A stretch of DNA of 64,000 bases from Podarcis vaucheri (taxonomy: Eukaryota): NCBI GenBank assembly GCA_965113315.1, contig OZ220364.1; one strand, 5' to 3'. Positions 1 to 13,100 of this stretch are shown in pieces. How positions within the stretch are numbered: the stretch's first letter is position 1; each line of letters opens with the position of its first letter. The notes beneath the pieces were generated by a model. It made no database searches, was not told where the DNA came from, and saw nothing but the letters and a program-made list of their open reading frames with translations. The translations under genes and the position numbers were made by a program.

Positions 1-269
1 ACTCGTTTTATCTGATATTAATTATTCTCAAAATGATTAAGAGTTAAGCCAATAAAAGCAAAACTTTGAGTTGCTTCCATAACACAAAGCAAAAACTATG
101 GACATATATTTCATTACTAGCCATTGTTACCCATGTTACTTGCTCTGGGTAGCTCAATAGTGAATGAGGCTTTAATTTTATGTTCTTCTTTGACCTCATA
201 TATTTAGATATCATTCATGGGAAAACCAAGAAATTACAGGCCTGTTAAAGTCTGTCATTACGTTAGTGA

Positions 270-370
270 AAGGCATTATTAAATCTCAAATTCTAAGTAT
301 ATAGGCCTTGCTGAGGACAAATCAACATGGTTTCTGTAAAGAGCAGTTCTGCTTCATGAACATCTTTAGG
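270..370 (+). mobile_element. Old CR1-type LINE reverse transcriptase fragment
   Basis: Translation LRTNQHGFCKEQFCFMNIF resembles the CR1 RT motif NQHGFxKxxSCLTNL; short and degenerate. Confidence 0.55.
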
Positions 371-1938
371 GTTTTCTTAGAGAAGAAATGGCAGCCGGCA
401 GCCACCAAAAGACCTAGGAGTGCCATGAACAGGTTCTGCAAACAAGCAGTGAGCCAATGGTGGTTCCAGGGAAGTTCTCATCCAACTAATCCCACAGTTT
501 TAAGCTCCTCTAGAAAATGGCTTTGGAAAGACACAATTTTCAGGGAAGATAGTATAGGTGAGAGGAGGGATACTTAACTCTTGCCCCATACATCACTTCT
601 TCACCACAGTGGCTGTCTACCTAATTAGGGTTCCTAACCCATGTCTTTGTAAGGGATATGTGAACACAGTCTTGCTCACCCCCCAAAATCGATGAGAATT
701 TTTAGGGTGTTGCTATCGGATGTTGAAAGAAAAAAACCAATGCAAGAATGCTCAAAAGCATCAAATCTTATAAACCTTTAAAATCACCTTGATATCATAG
801 CCTTAGGCTGTTATGCAACTTGACTGGGCCTGAGAAGGTTTGTATATTGGACTGCTACAGCTGGGGATCCCATGCTATCCTCTGCTTTGCAGAGGAGAAG
901 TAGCCAGGGTTTGGACTGTCAGTTTCGCCTAGTTAGTGAAGAGACAAACATTTTATCTGCAGGAAGAGTCCATAATTTTAAAAGGCCTCGGAAATGAAGT
1001 ATGTTAAAAAGGAAGAGGCTTAGAGGAATAGTCTGGTTAATTATTAGATCCCAAATAAGAGAGACTCAGTGTCATACTGTGCAGAAGTGTATGATTTTAT
1101 CTTCATTGTTTAACAAAGTAAACAAAATTTATATATTTATAAACTTATGAAAAGCAAGCATTTATACATATAGACACATTCAAATGCATACCCAAAGCAT
1201 CTTCAAACTGGTGACTCTACTAAAATTTCGTAAGCAATTGAGGTGCAGCAACCTCCGAGATCTTGATTCCCCCAGATCTGTACTGCTATCCAAAATCGTC
1301 CCTGCCATATATATTTTGCATTATCTTTTCATGTGCACAAGTAGTATCACCTGACTTCCAACTGCCTTGGCAAATGTATCAGCATGTCTTCAATTATTCC
1401 TTCTGCCAAAGGGTGGATGGAGGGATTTCAAGAAATATCCCAACAGTATATGCAATTCATTCACTGTGGAAACCAACCTAATTGAATGAATATTCTCCAC
1501 CTCCCAAGAGACAGGGCAGAAAATGATAGCTAGGAAAATTACAGTGTGCTTAGAAGGTTGAGAGACTAACCTCTCTTACTAGAGCAGGCTCAACTGGGAA
1601 ATCTCCATTTGAATTAAGAGGGGGAAATGTGTAATTTGCTGGTACTAGAGTTTGCTTTAAATGGGCATTAGACCTTGGGGAGATGTTTATGGTATAGGCT
1701 AGGTTGGTTTCAACAAGCAGCTGCTCCAACCTTTCTTTGATGTTGAGATGATTTTCAATATTACAAAGCAAGGACATCAAAAAGCACAGGTGTAACAAAC
1801 AGCCTCAACAAAGATGGATGCTGGGTATTGTGAATGATATTGTGTGTGTTCTACTAGATAAAGATTTCACTGCACCCACACAGTATAGGTCTACAGTTAA
1901 CTGTTTGAGGTAGCGTTCATGTTTTAACAACAGCAAGG

Positions 1939-2589
1939 TGTTGTATCTCCGTGAAGGCTACCCAGTGACAACTCACTCTCAACTCGGAGGTTCAAAGCAT
2001 GAGGAGGCATTTATGGAACAAAACAATTTTTTTATTTAATTACAGTCAATGAATGTTTAACATTTTCTGGTTTCAAAAGTGTGGCACAAAACTTAGTTTA
2101 AAATACAAACTCTTTACATAGGAACTTTTAAACAGCAGTCTTTTACAAACCAAGTCACAGGTAGACAACACCCCCCGCACCAAAAGTCTATCAGTGTTCT
2201 AACCAGCAACACCCACTCTTCCTTTTCTTGGATTTAACTTGCCCTCGGGGAATGAAAACTGAGTTGCCCTGCCTAGCTAACTGCTCCCAGTTCTGATCCC
2301 AACTGTCCACACTGTTAGTCCCTCTCCCACTGAGAGTCAAATCCCTATCTTTGAGAGCCAATTCACTATCTGTCCCTCCTGACAGATACGTGTTAAGAAG
2401 ACCGCTCAGACAGAAAGTCCCTATCTGCCTGTTAAACTGTCAGCAGCTCATTTAAATTCCACAGTCACTCTCCTGATTGGCTGATTGCCTCAGCTGCTAT
2501 CACTGCTTCAGCTCCTATGATATTATTGATCTGCCTGGAAAGTAATGGTCACCAGGCCTTGGTCTGCTGTTCCAGGACACTGATGCACA
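1939..2589 (-). mobile_element. Putative solo LTR
   Basis: TGT...ACA termini, near-TSD caagg/aaagg. On the minus strand: CCAAT (2476-2480), then a TATA-like TTTAAA (~2451), then AATAAA (2031-2036), in LTR order. Confidence 0.45.
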
Positions 2590-3317
2590 AAAGGCCATTT
2601 CTTGCCATTTACTTAATGCAAAATTAAGATTAGCATTTCAGTCGCCAAATATGAGAATGTATTGAGAGTAGTACACTCGCTGTAGAGCTCTTTTATTCAT
2701 CTCATTGCTGCTAGATTAGTGTACAATGGATAACTGCAATTTATCCAACATTTATAGTCCTATTTAGCTAATGTTTTTGCTATTCATAACCTAAGCATTT
2801 TATGTAAGCTTCCTTTTTTTGACAAGTTTGCAAAACATCTGTGAAATGTGTTCCTGTGTAATAAAGAGTTTACTTGCTTCAAGGAGTTTAATTATCAGGT
2901 TTATAAAGCAGAAGTTACAAAAACAAGAATGAGATTCTGGGTGGAGTTGCATATATTTGGAACTCATCAAAGTTAATCTGAGCAAGAATTTTTTTGTGAT
3001 TTGATTTGACTTTACTTCTGTTGTGATCTCTATGTCTAGGATAGTTGCAGGAGAAGTTAAAGCTAATTTCACCTTTCACATGGTAAGGGGCAAAATACAG
3101 GCTGAAATCTTTTTAAGCAATCTATAAGCTGTTCCAGGGGCCTTTTTTAGATGAAGAGTGGAACAAACATTATTTTAATAAATGCTGATGGTGCTATGCC
3201 ACTTGGTATGTGTATATTGAACATTATTAATGCTGCTACCCATGCCCACCTTCAAAGCTTTCACTCTGGTGTCTTACATTAGCAAGTATAATGTTCTGAA
3301 GACAAGTGTGTGAAATA

Positions 3318-3560
3318 CAGGTGAAACTCGAAAAATTAGAATATCGTGGAAAAGTTCATTTATTTCAGTAATTCAATTTAAAAGGTGAAACTAATATATG
3401 AGATAGACTCATGACATGCAGAGCGAGATATGTCAAGCCTTTATTTGTTATAACTGTGGTGATCATGGCGTACAGCGGGTGACAACCTCAAATTAACAAT
3501 CTCAGAAAATTAAAATATTAAATGAAATCAGCAAAACAAGGATTTGCAAATAGAGCAATT
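3318..3560. mobile_element. Tc1/mariner DNA transposon end (single terminal inverted repeat, IR/DR type)
   Basis: TA|CAGGTG start. Internal direct repeats aaaattagaatat (~3332) and aaaattaaaatat (~3506) bracket a ~200-bp TIR. No partner TIR or transposase seen. Confidence 0.75.
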
Positions 3561-4454
3561 CTTCCCAGCATCCAGCACCCAAAGCTGCTGAGAACTTTTG
3601 AAAGAAAACATTCACTAATTGATGTGCAAAAGTGGAGAATGGAACTTAAGATTCAAAAAATGAGAAAGTGAAAGAAACAAAAATGGACAGATTCTCCTAT
3701 CCCATACTATGACTGAGCAAGAATGAGTACTGCTGTCATAATACATTTGGACTCAAAAAGCCAACTGCAGTAAAAGTAAGTCAAAATAGAATAAATAAGA
3801 AAAGAAGAGCTTGGGAAAGGTGGGCAACAAGAGTTTGGGTGTATTGACTGGAATGAGAACACAAAAGAAACCTCCAGAGAATCCCACCAGAACTCTTCTT
3901 GCATCCTGCTCCTTAGAGACAGGACTTTCCTGAAGAAACACTGAAGAGCAAAGTTCTTTATTTCATCAGACCTCTTCTTCCCAAAGCACTGTGATTGAAG
4001 AGCACTGATAAAATTATTCCCTCAGATTACAAAATAGATCTGTAATCTGGTTTGGAACCCTCCCTTTCACATTTTCCCCCTATAGTAAGCTTAAATACAT
4101 AGTTTGACTTTTTAGCAGATGCGCTGTAATTGTGTCTTTGACACCCACATCCCCAGTGCACCACAAAACACTTCAGGGGACATTGCTTTGGTTGAGGGCA
4201 TGTTGGACAGATCCTGTTTCACCTTGAACAACATTATTATCCCTCCAAAGCATTCTGCTTGGGATTCATCTGGATCCCTGCACACCACTAAGATTAACAT
4301 ATTAACATTTTAAATTGGTATGTTTCAATATATTACAATTTATTTCTTATTCCCAATGGTTTATAATCCTCCCACCTTGCTGGTTTCATTACATAAATGT
4401 TACATGTCTAAATAATATGTACTGTTGATGTAAAGGTAAAGAAAGAAAGGTAAA

Positions 4455-4809
4455 GGCGGTGCTGTGGTCTAAACCACAGAGCGTAGGGCTTGACAATCAG
4501 AAGGTCAGTGGTTTGAATCCCCGCAACGGGGTGAGCTCCTGTTGCTCGGTCCCAGGTCCTGCCAACCTAGCAGTTCGAAAACATGTCAAAGTGCAAATAG
4601 ATAAATAGGTACCCCTCTGGCGGGAAGGTAAACGGCATTTCCGTGTGCTGCTCTGGTTCTCCAGAAGCGGCTTTGTCATGCTGGCCACATGACCCGGAAG
4701 CTGTCTATGGACAAACGCCAGTTCCCTCGGCCAGTAAAGTGAGATGAGCGCCACAACCCCAGAGACGTCCGCGATTGGACTTAATGGTCAGGAGTCCCTT
4801 TACCTTTAC
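4455..4809 (+). mobile_element. Sauria SINE (tRNA-derived, BovB-dependent), slightly 5' truncated
   Basis: tRNA-like head with B-box-like ggtttgaatccc, characteristic body (gccaacctagcagttcgaaa...agataaataggtacc) and (acctt)-type tail cctttacctttac. Confidence 0.9.
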
Positions 4810-5306
4810 TAGCCACTTATACTAGTGAATTAAGATTCCAAATGCTCAGATGGGCAAAGACCCTACTGAGGCCACTACTGATCAATTACTTTTAGGGAGT
4901 ATAGTTCTAATTGTAATTAGCATTGGGGGGTTTTCTCCCTCCCCCTACCCTTTCTAACACAACTATGGCAAAATCATTCAACATAACATTAAGAGCTCAT
5001 GAAAGATAAGCTCATTTCTGTTTAGTTTTCCTATACTTGTCAAGCATGACATTTTATTACAGTTTTGTTTTTTAGAAATAGAATTTTATTGCCTACAGAA
5101 CTGTATATTTATTTAGGTAATGGAAATAGCTAGATGACTTGCAATGGAATTTAGAAAGTATAAATGGATATTCTGATTTTAAATTTTGTCTTGCATCAAA
5201 TGTTTCTTTGAATTGTTGGGGGGGGGACTGAAAAATGTTTGCATTCTTTCCCAATATTTAAATTCATTCTTTTATGTTTCCTCATTTATTATGCTTACGT
5301 CATCAG

Positions 5307-5315
5307 GAAGTTGAG
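5307..5315 (+). CDS. SPOCK1: SPOCK1 9-nt microexon encoding Glu-Val-Glu (probably alternatively spliced)
   Basis: catcag|GAAGTTGAG|gtatgt with an upstream pyrimidine-rich tract. Phase 0/0. Inclusion gives FRD-EVE-DDYF, the sequence found in testican paralogs. Confidence 0.88.
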
Positions 5316-5360
5316 GTATGTTTGCTTCTTCTTCTTAACAATTGAATACCTAAAAGGTAC

Positions 5361-5366
5361 TGCATG
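5361..5366 (+). promoter_or_regulatory. RBFOX element (UGCAUG) downstream of the microexon
   Basis: Exact TGCATG 46 nt after the microexon end; downstream RBFOX sites typically enhance exon inclusion. Confidence 0.55.
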
Positions 5367-6669
5367 GCATTTTATACACAGTCAACATTTTAAATAATGG
5401 TTTAGCCTCTTTGTTCCAAAACTTGTTCATTTTCTGGTCTCTGGTCTATGAAATAGACTGGAAAGTATTGAGCAAGAGTTCGTTCTGTTTGGAAACTATA
5501 TCAGGTGATATTCAACTAAGCTTTCCTCGGAGTAGACCCACAGAAATGAGCAAAATGTAGCTGAATGCTGCCCATTAAACTTCTGTATTGTCATCCCTGG
5601 TTTAACATCTAGGTACAAAATGGCTCTAGGCAAACTGATCCAGTAGGGAGGGAAGATCAAACTGGTACAGGCATTTAATCACACAAGCTTCACTAAGTGA
5701 GCACTCCTCGAACTTTTCCAGTGCTCAGTTAATAAAGCAGTAATAGCACAATAAATGCTGTTGTTAATCTTTATTTATTTAAAATATTTATAAAGTGTCT
5801 CCCATTAACATAGTATCACCACTTCAGTGTACAAGAAAGCATGTCCTTTTCTACATGCTAAAAGTTTATATATCAGAGAAGGTTTGTCTAAAAACAAAAA
5901 CAAAAACCCCCACAGTTCCCTTATCTATGTATTTTCCCCCATACACAAACATGCTTTTATTCCTAAGAGACTTTGAGTTGTATTGAACATAGCATTAAAA
6001 CTAAGGTTCCATCAGTGCCCCTCCTCCCCCTGTGTGCTCCCTAAATCTGTTGTTGGAGCTCCCCCAACTTTCCAGAGCAGAACTGGGGATAGCATTCTCA
6101 TCACACTAGATGGAATCATTGTGCTGCCTTCCCCTACAGTGCAGTGGGTTAAATGAATATGTTCCTCTCAATTTAGATAATGTAAGTAATGAATAGCTTG
6201 GGGAAGAAAAGACACTTAAGAAATACTAAAGCATTGTATTTTGTAGAGGAATAAATTAAAAGCAATTAAGCTTAAAGCGGGGGTCAGGTCTAATAATACT
6301 TTTTGTGAGAGTGAAATATGCTTCTGCAAGTCATTTGTTCAGTTGAGCAGTAAAACTTCGTAGTAGTGAATCCACTGCATTAGAAGAAGCCCTGGGATGC
6401 AGAAGCTGCTAAAATAAAATGATGCTAGTTTAGAATATGTACATTGAAAATATCTTATTCTTAACTAGCTGTCATTTCCTGCTTCGTGTGATTAGATCTG
6501 CATTTGATCAATTTCCCACTCCAGCTCACACTTTTTATATACCGCTCTGCCCTTTTGTAAACCGCTTTGAGGTTTTATTACAATCAGGAGGTATGTAGAT
6601 CTTATGGAAGGGGAAAAAACCCATTAGTATCACCTTCAAAATATGCCTAATGCCATATAAATTAGCAAG

Positions 6670-8640
6670 TTGCACACAAATTAAGCAAGCTTTGTCTGTA
6701 GGCTTGCAATCTAACAAAAAGGCACGATGATATTAGGGAGGAAATGGAAGAACGGTAAAAAGGGGTTGAAGAGCAGCAGTTGGGAGAAGCAAGAATGTAA
6801 AGGAGTTTTTACTTCATTGTAAAAGAGAGTCAGCTGTTAAATGGAAGAGCACTCCAGGGAACGAGAAATGGAAGTAGGTGGGGAATAGAAAAAGTGTACT
6901 TAGGTTTAACTAGGAAATTGGTACCTTTAGAGTGAAGGTTTTAGGAAGAAGTGTGTATAGAAATAAGAGATGATAGAGAGGCGAAAAGATAATGCAAAAT
7001 TATTTAAATACAAGTAGCTTAAAGCACTGATGAGAAGGAAGAGGAACCAAGTGACAGGAGCAGTATAACCAGAGTGGGGTTGGGAATTGCATGAGCTGAA
7101 AGGCAAGTAGAATATATCAGGCAGGTGGCAGAGTTGAATACAGACTATAGAATTTTGAGAGCAGAAACAGCAATACCAACAAGAATAATGCTACAATTTA
7201 TCTGTGCAGAAAATGGAGGAAATAATAATGACCATGAATAAGTGCAGTCTACTTCATTTGGTAGTGAATGGTTTATCTTAAAAGTTAAGACTTTGAAAGA
7301 CCATGGACATATGGAGGAAATGAGAATGCCTAGATTTTAAGCTTGAGGAGAAAAAACAATATGAACATGCGTAAGAGAAAGTTCTGCATAAGAGGAAAAA
7401 TCAGAAGCTCAATTTTGACCCAAATTAAGTTTGAGAAAATGGATATTATTCATATGAATATGAATACAAGGGTATCAGAAAACCGCAGGGGGTTGGAACA
7501 TGAAAAGAAGAAATGGCTTGGGTGTAGGTGAGTATAGTTGCAACTCAATATAAATGTGTATGTGAGAGGAAAAAAGCAGATAAAAGAGCTAAAAGGGAGA
7601 ATGTCAGGGATGAAAAGAAAAGGGCCCAGTACTCAGTTCTTTCAGAAAGCATAAGAGGTGGTTAAGCAGAACCATTGTTAGAAACTCTGAAGTAATGACA
7701 AGAAAGTTACTGCTTAACTCCAATACTCAAGCAAGCAATGGAAGTGGGTCAGTCAGCTGGACTAGAGGCTAAAGAACCAGAAGAAGGAATACAGAGAAGA
7801 GATATTGCTGCAATAAGATTACTAGAAATAGAAGTGAGAGAGTGAAAAGAACTAAAACCAATTTGAAAACGACCTATGGAAAGACTATACTTTCTAGAAT
7901 TATCTCTGTACTGTCAAACAAGGGCTGTAATCAAAACATTTGGCCAAGTGAACTGTGAGGAGCAAACCTTTTCTGAGCTGGAAGCAAGTGGGCAGTGTTG
8001 CATTCATGTAGCTGTTACTTGCTATTTTTTGACCCTTAAGCTTTTTTTTTCTCTAAGAGGGTTGGAGGAAGAGAAGATAGGCTGAGCAGCTTTAAAAAAA
8101 AAAGTGACAACATTTGGAGGAGGGAAAGTAAGACATTGGAAAAGAGCAGTATCCTCAAGAAAGAGAGGAACAATGAGAGAGAGTGGGGAATGAGAATCAA
8201 ACACTTTTTTTGTGTGTAACAAGGGTAGACTTACAGGAATGAAAAAGAGAACATATAGAGAAAAATTACAAATATGCAATAAAGAGGAATGCTAGGGCAA
8301 TGGATGTCAGGAAGCAAGAGAAAATTGAGTGAGGGGCATGAGTAGTAGAGTGGAAAGAGAGAATCATGAAAGACAAATATGAGTGAATAATCACAGAAAA
8401 AGAAGCAAATAAGGAAACCTCAGCTAATACAGGAGAGGAGGAGGAGGAATGTAGATGGGGGTAAAGGGAATGGATTTTTAAAATCTGTTTTAAAATGCTT
8501 TCACCAAAAACTTCTGGAGGAAAGGATGAAAGGAGCACGTGAAGAAGTTATACAATGTTCACAGCAGCAGGGGACTGAAATGGAAAGAGAGATGAAGAGA
8601 AGCTCTCAGAATCAATTGACTGAAGGTTGCAAAAGGGACA
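6670..8640 (-). mobile_element. Ancient L2 LINE remnant
   Basis: Strong purine skew on +. Minus-strand degenerate motifs VLGPFLF (~7620), FLKLN (~7430) and QA*NLGIL (~7330) occur in L2 ORF2 order. Boundaries approximate. Confidence 0.7.
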
Positions 8641-10153
8641 AGTAGCAATAATTTTGCTTCATTAAGAGATAATAATTTGTTTTTTATTTGAACAAAATGA
8701 TGTCCAATATTAGTGATACTCAGATTAGACTCACTGAAATCAATAGATTTTATAACTTAAATCCATTGATTTCAATGGGTCTACCCCAGAGTGTATTGGC
8801 TATAATCCAAGATCACTAAAATTACCACGTGCAACTTTAATTCATTTTTTAAAATGTAGATAAATGTAGGGGGTGGGTAATGTACTAAGGTTGACTAGTT
8901 AAACTGTTAAATTAAAGACAGCTCACTAAATCCTTTGCTTGTTAAGTAGTTGAAAATATTGGGTTTTTTAAATGTCATTTGCATGCCACCCTTCATGACT
9001 TCTTTATTATCCCAGAGTGCTTTACAGGAGAGGAATACCTAGTAAAAAAAACAACAACAAACCTGTGGTATTTTTATCATCTCTAGCACAGAAATATGAG
9101 GCCTACACCCAGTCAATTCTCTCCCATGCAGGATATGCACACCCAGGAAGAGCCATTTGCCATGCTTACAAAATCTGGTATTGTAAATTGAAATCCTGGT
9201 TGTGCATCTTGAGGAGGAAGAGCTAATAGCAGCCAATGTGTGGCCCTGTTGAGAAAGGAAGCAACCTCTGCCTCTGCTTGTCTTGTGCACACTACTTGCA
9301 CAATATTACAGTTCCTTATGCATAGCTCTTAAACAGATGCCTTACCACAAAGGCCAGTTTCACAGACTTCATTTGTAAATATGTTGCTAGTGCTGATTTT
9401 TACAGGTATACATGCCAGAGACAGAGGAAAGGTCACTTACCACTAACGTGTGTAATGGGTAAAAGAACCTTTGCTATCAGATTTAGTCACTGCAGTTCAT
9501 AATGCCTTTGCTTTGAATATGAATATCAGCAAATTAAAAAGCCCAACTGTAATATGAAGCATTATTACTTCCAGAGTTTTCCTCTAACTCAGATATAACC
9601 CAAGTTAACCCTTTTCCTTTCCCAATCCATTCCAGGTATAAATTTTGGAATGGAGTAAGGGAGAAAAGTGAACTGGTTATGGGGAAGGATTTCAACCATG
9701 TCATTCTCCACATTATGTCATTGGGTGTGCAATGATATCCTGAAAAAGTTTGGGATTGCACTCAAAAATAACCAAGATCTCTGCCGAGTTTAAAAGAAAA
9801 TTGGTTGGGCTAGATGAGCCCAATTCCAAATGAAGCCGAGAGGAGTTTTCCCTTCACTGGTTAGGCTTCTTTGAAATTCCCTGGATATATACACAACCCT
9901 GGAGCCACTAAGATAGCACAGTATTTTGAAATATATCTTCATTTTCTGTGTTATATTTTGTGTGTATATGTTTGAAAGCAACATTTTAAATTTTTAAACT
10001 TTGTTTTATCTTGAGGCCAAACAGTAAATGGATTACAGAAAAAGAGTTTGCATGTTTGTTTAACAAAGAAATAAATAAAAGACCTGCCCAAAAGAATACC
10101 TACGTTTCATTTTAACAGTTTAACTGTTTTCACTCCTATTTTCTTCCCTTTAG

Positions 10154-10199
10154 GATGATTATTTCAGAAACTGGAATCCAAACAAGCCTTTTGATCAAG
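10154..10199 (+). CDS. SPOCK1: SPOCK1 (testican-1) internal coding exon, DDYFRNWNPNKPFDQ(A)
   Basis: ttcttccctttag|GATGATTATTTCAGAAACTGGAATCCAAACAAGCCTTTTGATCAAG|gtaaaa. The peptide matches the SPOCK1 N-terminal region as I recall it (SPOCK3 reads DDYFRTWSPGKPFDQ). 46 nt, phase 0 to 1. Confidence 0.96.
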
Positions 10200-13100
10200 G
10201 TAAAAGAAATATTATATTCACTCTATAAAATTGCTTTGTTTTATAAGTATCAATATCCATAATGCTTGGTTTCTCAACAACATAGCTTCACCTATTGGTT
10301 TAAAACAGCTACTGACAGGAGCAGCCAGCCTGGCTTATTTCATAGAAATTGCTTACAAGGGTACCTGCACATTTTGCTTCACAACTTCCTTTTCCAGGAG
10401 GGCTAGAACCTTAAAAACACTAAAGAAAGCAAATAAATCTTAACATCTAGATGCTCTGCCCAGGAGCACCAGTGAAGGCCTTCACAGTTATCGTAGTGAC
10501 TGTGGGCGCTAGGTTGGTGACCCCAGATTAAACAATAAAGTTCCATTCTTTCAACTATACCGTAGTCTCACTGAATTCATATTATTACAAAGGGTCAAAG
10601 TAGTTGCAACATGGAATTAGGATCTTCTGTGATACTTCTTTTACTCATTAGCAGCCCAGTGGGAATGCTTTGAAAACTGAGAAAGTGGTGCTTTGGAAGA
10701 GAGTGTCTAATTTACTGTTGTGCCTTTCCCCAATATAAATTACTTTCTCATGAAGACTGGTGCTTCGCATGTTCTGTAAAGATCTCATTTTTTGCAGTAA
10801 CCTTTCTATGATCTCTCATCTGTATTGGAATAGTGTTGTGAAAGTAAAAAAAATAATGCACTGCAAAAAAAACAATGCATATTTGTTATGTTTTGTGATT
10901 CTTTCACTTGTAATATCTTTAAATGCATTTTGTCAAAGTTGCCAGTTTATGATGAAACAATTGTGCCAAACATGGCTTTAGAATTTCAACAGCATCATCT
11001 GCTGTATTTTCATTTTTCTTGCTACATTTCTGTTCTTTTTCCTTTTCCCTTTTTTGTGTGCTTGTGTGCAAGAGATATTTTAGCTTGCTTCCTCATCTGA
11101 AAATAAAAGGTCACCGTAAACAATAGTGTAATGCTACCCCTGGAAAGACTGCTGTTAAATGCAATTTTTGTTTCATTGTGAGTGCAAAAAAATCTCCCAC
11201 AGCAAAGAGTACACCCATCAAATGTGCTAAAGGAAAAGGTGTCAGAGCTGTCTTGCTCTCATGTGCAGTATACAGAAATAAAAGAGTCAGTGCTGTGATG
11301 CAGTACCATATGTTGGCAAGGAAATACTGGTAAAGTGTTGATGAAATCTATCACTCAAGAAAACAATGTTACCAAATGATGGAATCATTAACCTAGCAGA
11401 CCAAAACTCACCTGCCTTGAGGAAAGTAAAATGGTAAAGGAATATCTGGCCTGCCATTACTCTATAAATTCATATAGCCGAATAATAACCTGTCTATAAC
11501 GGTAACATATGCCTGGATTCGTAAAGAATATAGAGCAGCACAGTATATTCACGATCCATTTCTAGTCAGATCAGTTTTGGTAAATCACAGATTCATGGAA
11601 GCCACAAGTACTTTAGGAAAGGTATTTAATAAATTCTGATTGGCTGGAGCACATAGAGATTCTACATGTGGGTAGTTTAGAAGTTTATCATAGCATCTAG
11701 AATTTCCAGAGACTCTACAGCAGTTTCTCAAACTTTTAGATCATCCTCCATCCTTAATGCCTGACTCTGGCTTCCGACCCTTTTATCTTTGTGCTGTCAT
11801 CTGTTGTACAGATGAACATGCCAAGATCCTTGGTTATAACCTCATTTATACGGCCTGTTGCTGCTGCTTGTGTTGATCTGTGGGATACTAATCTGAACAC
11901 TGGCACTATAAGAGGAATAGAACATATCTCTAATCCTATCCATAAACTATAGTCAGGAAAATACCGTTAACCACAAAGTGACTACTCTCTCTAGCTCCCT
12001 TCTTTTCAAATCATATTAGGATGTTATGAAAGTGGGGGTGCTGTCACAGTCCTCTGTCAGGGATATATAATGCACCCAGGTCTTGGCTGGAGGTCAGGAA
12101 GGCATTACTTGCTTAACGAACATACATATCCATGTTCCTTTCAAGGGGGAAACCACCATATTGAGAACCCCTTCTATACAGGGTTGTGCAGCAGATTCTT
12201 TCCAGATCTCATACGGAGAAGATAATAAGGCACATTAGCAGTCCTGCTGGGGTTGTACATATCAGTTTCTGCCAGTTGAGTAAAAAGCAAAAATCTGCAA
12301 CCATTCAACTGGAAAGTAGTTTAAGTGCATATTATAAACTGATGGTACCACACTAGATTTCTAACAATGTGACGGCCACATTTCTCCCTTAGAACTTAAC
12401 ATTTCTGCTGCACCCAACAGCACGGCAGAAGAATACCATTCTGCACTGGTGTCCTGAAAACCCTTAAATAAGAAAAAAAAAGCTGCTTGAAATAGTTTTT
12501 CATTAAGACTCTGTTACTAGCAAGGAGAACATGTGGGACAATTAACCTTCCCTGGGTCTTGCCTCATTAAAATTTTAGCAGATGCTATTGATCATCTTTA
12601 CACTGCATGGTGTCTACTGCAAACAAGCACTGCTGGCACTCTGGCATATATAAGAGGACAGCTTCCTAGGCTGGTGACCAGCATTATAAAGCATGCAGTT
12701 TTGTAAATTACTGTGCAGTAACCAACCAGTTCCATTACAAATTTTTAAAATCCCTGACATTTCACTGGCACATTACAGACAAATAGTATTCTCTTCCATA
12801 TTTATTGCTGTATTATGTGATGTACATCACAGTAGTTACTGACCAATATGTGTCTGATGAAGTGCTAAAAGTATCCTTGAGATCCAATCATTTCTACAAA
12901 AACAGCTGGATTGTGCTGTTGTTCTACCTCGGAATTTATCTCCTGTGTGTTTCTGGATGCAACTTAAGGACAATCCACTCATGCAAGTTTCAGGTTTGCC
13001 ACTACTGGAATACCAATGAAATACATCTCTGTTTGGATTAGATGTTCAACAGAATGTCTGTAGGCTACCTAAATCCCTCCTTAAGCCTTGTGTTTCCAGG

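Noticed and set aside
8725-8785. Imperfect hairpin actgaaatcaatagattt...aaatccattgatttcaat
   Set aside because: Looks like a decayed palindromic MITE-type repeat common in reptile genomes; too degenerate to call an RNA gene.
9395-9412. Possible recursive splice site ttttacag|gtatac
   Set aside because: Weak donor and short pyrimidine tract; expected by chance at this sequence length.
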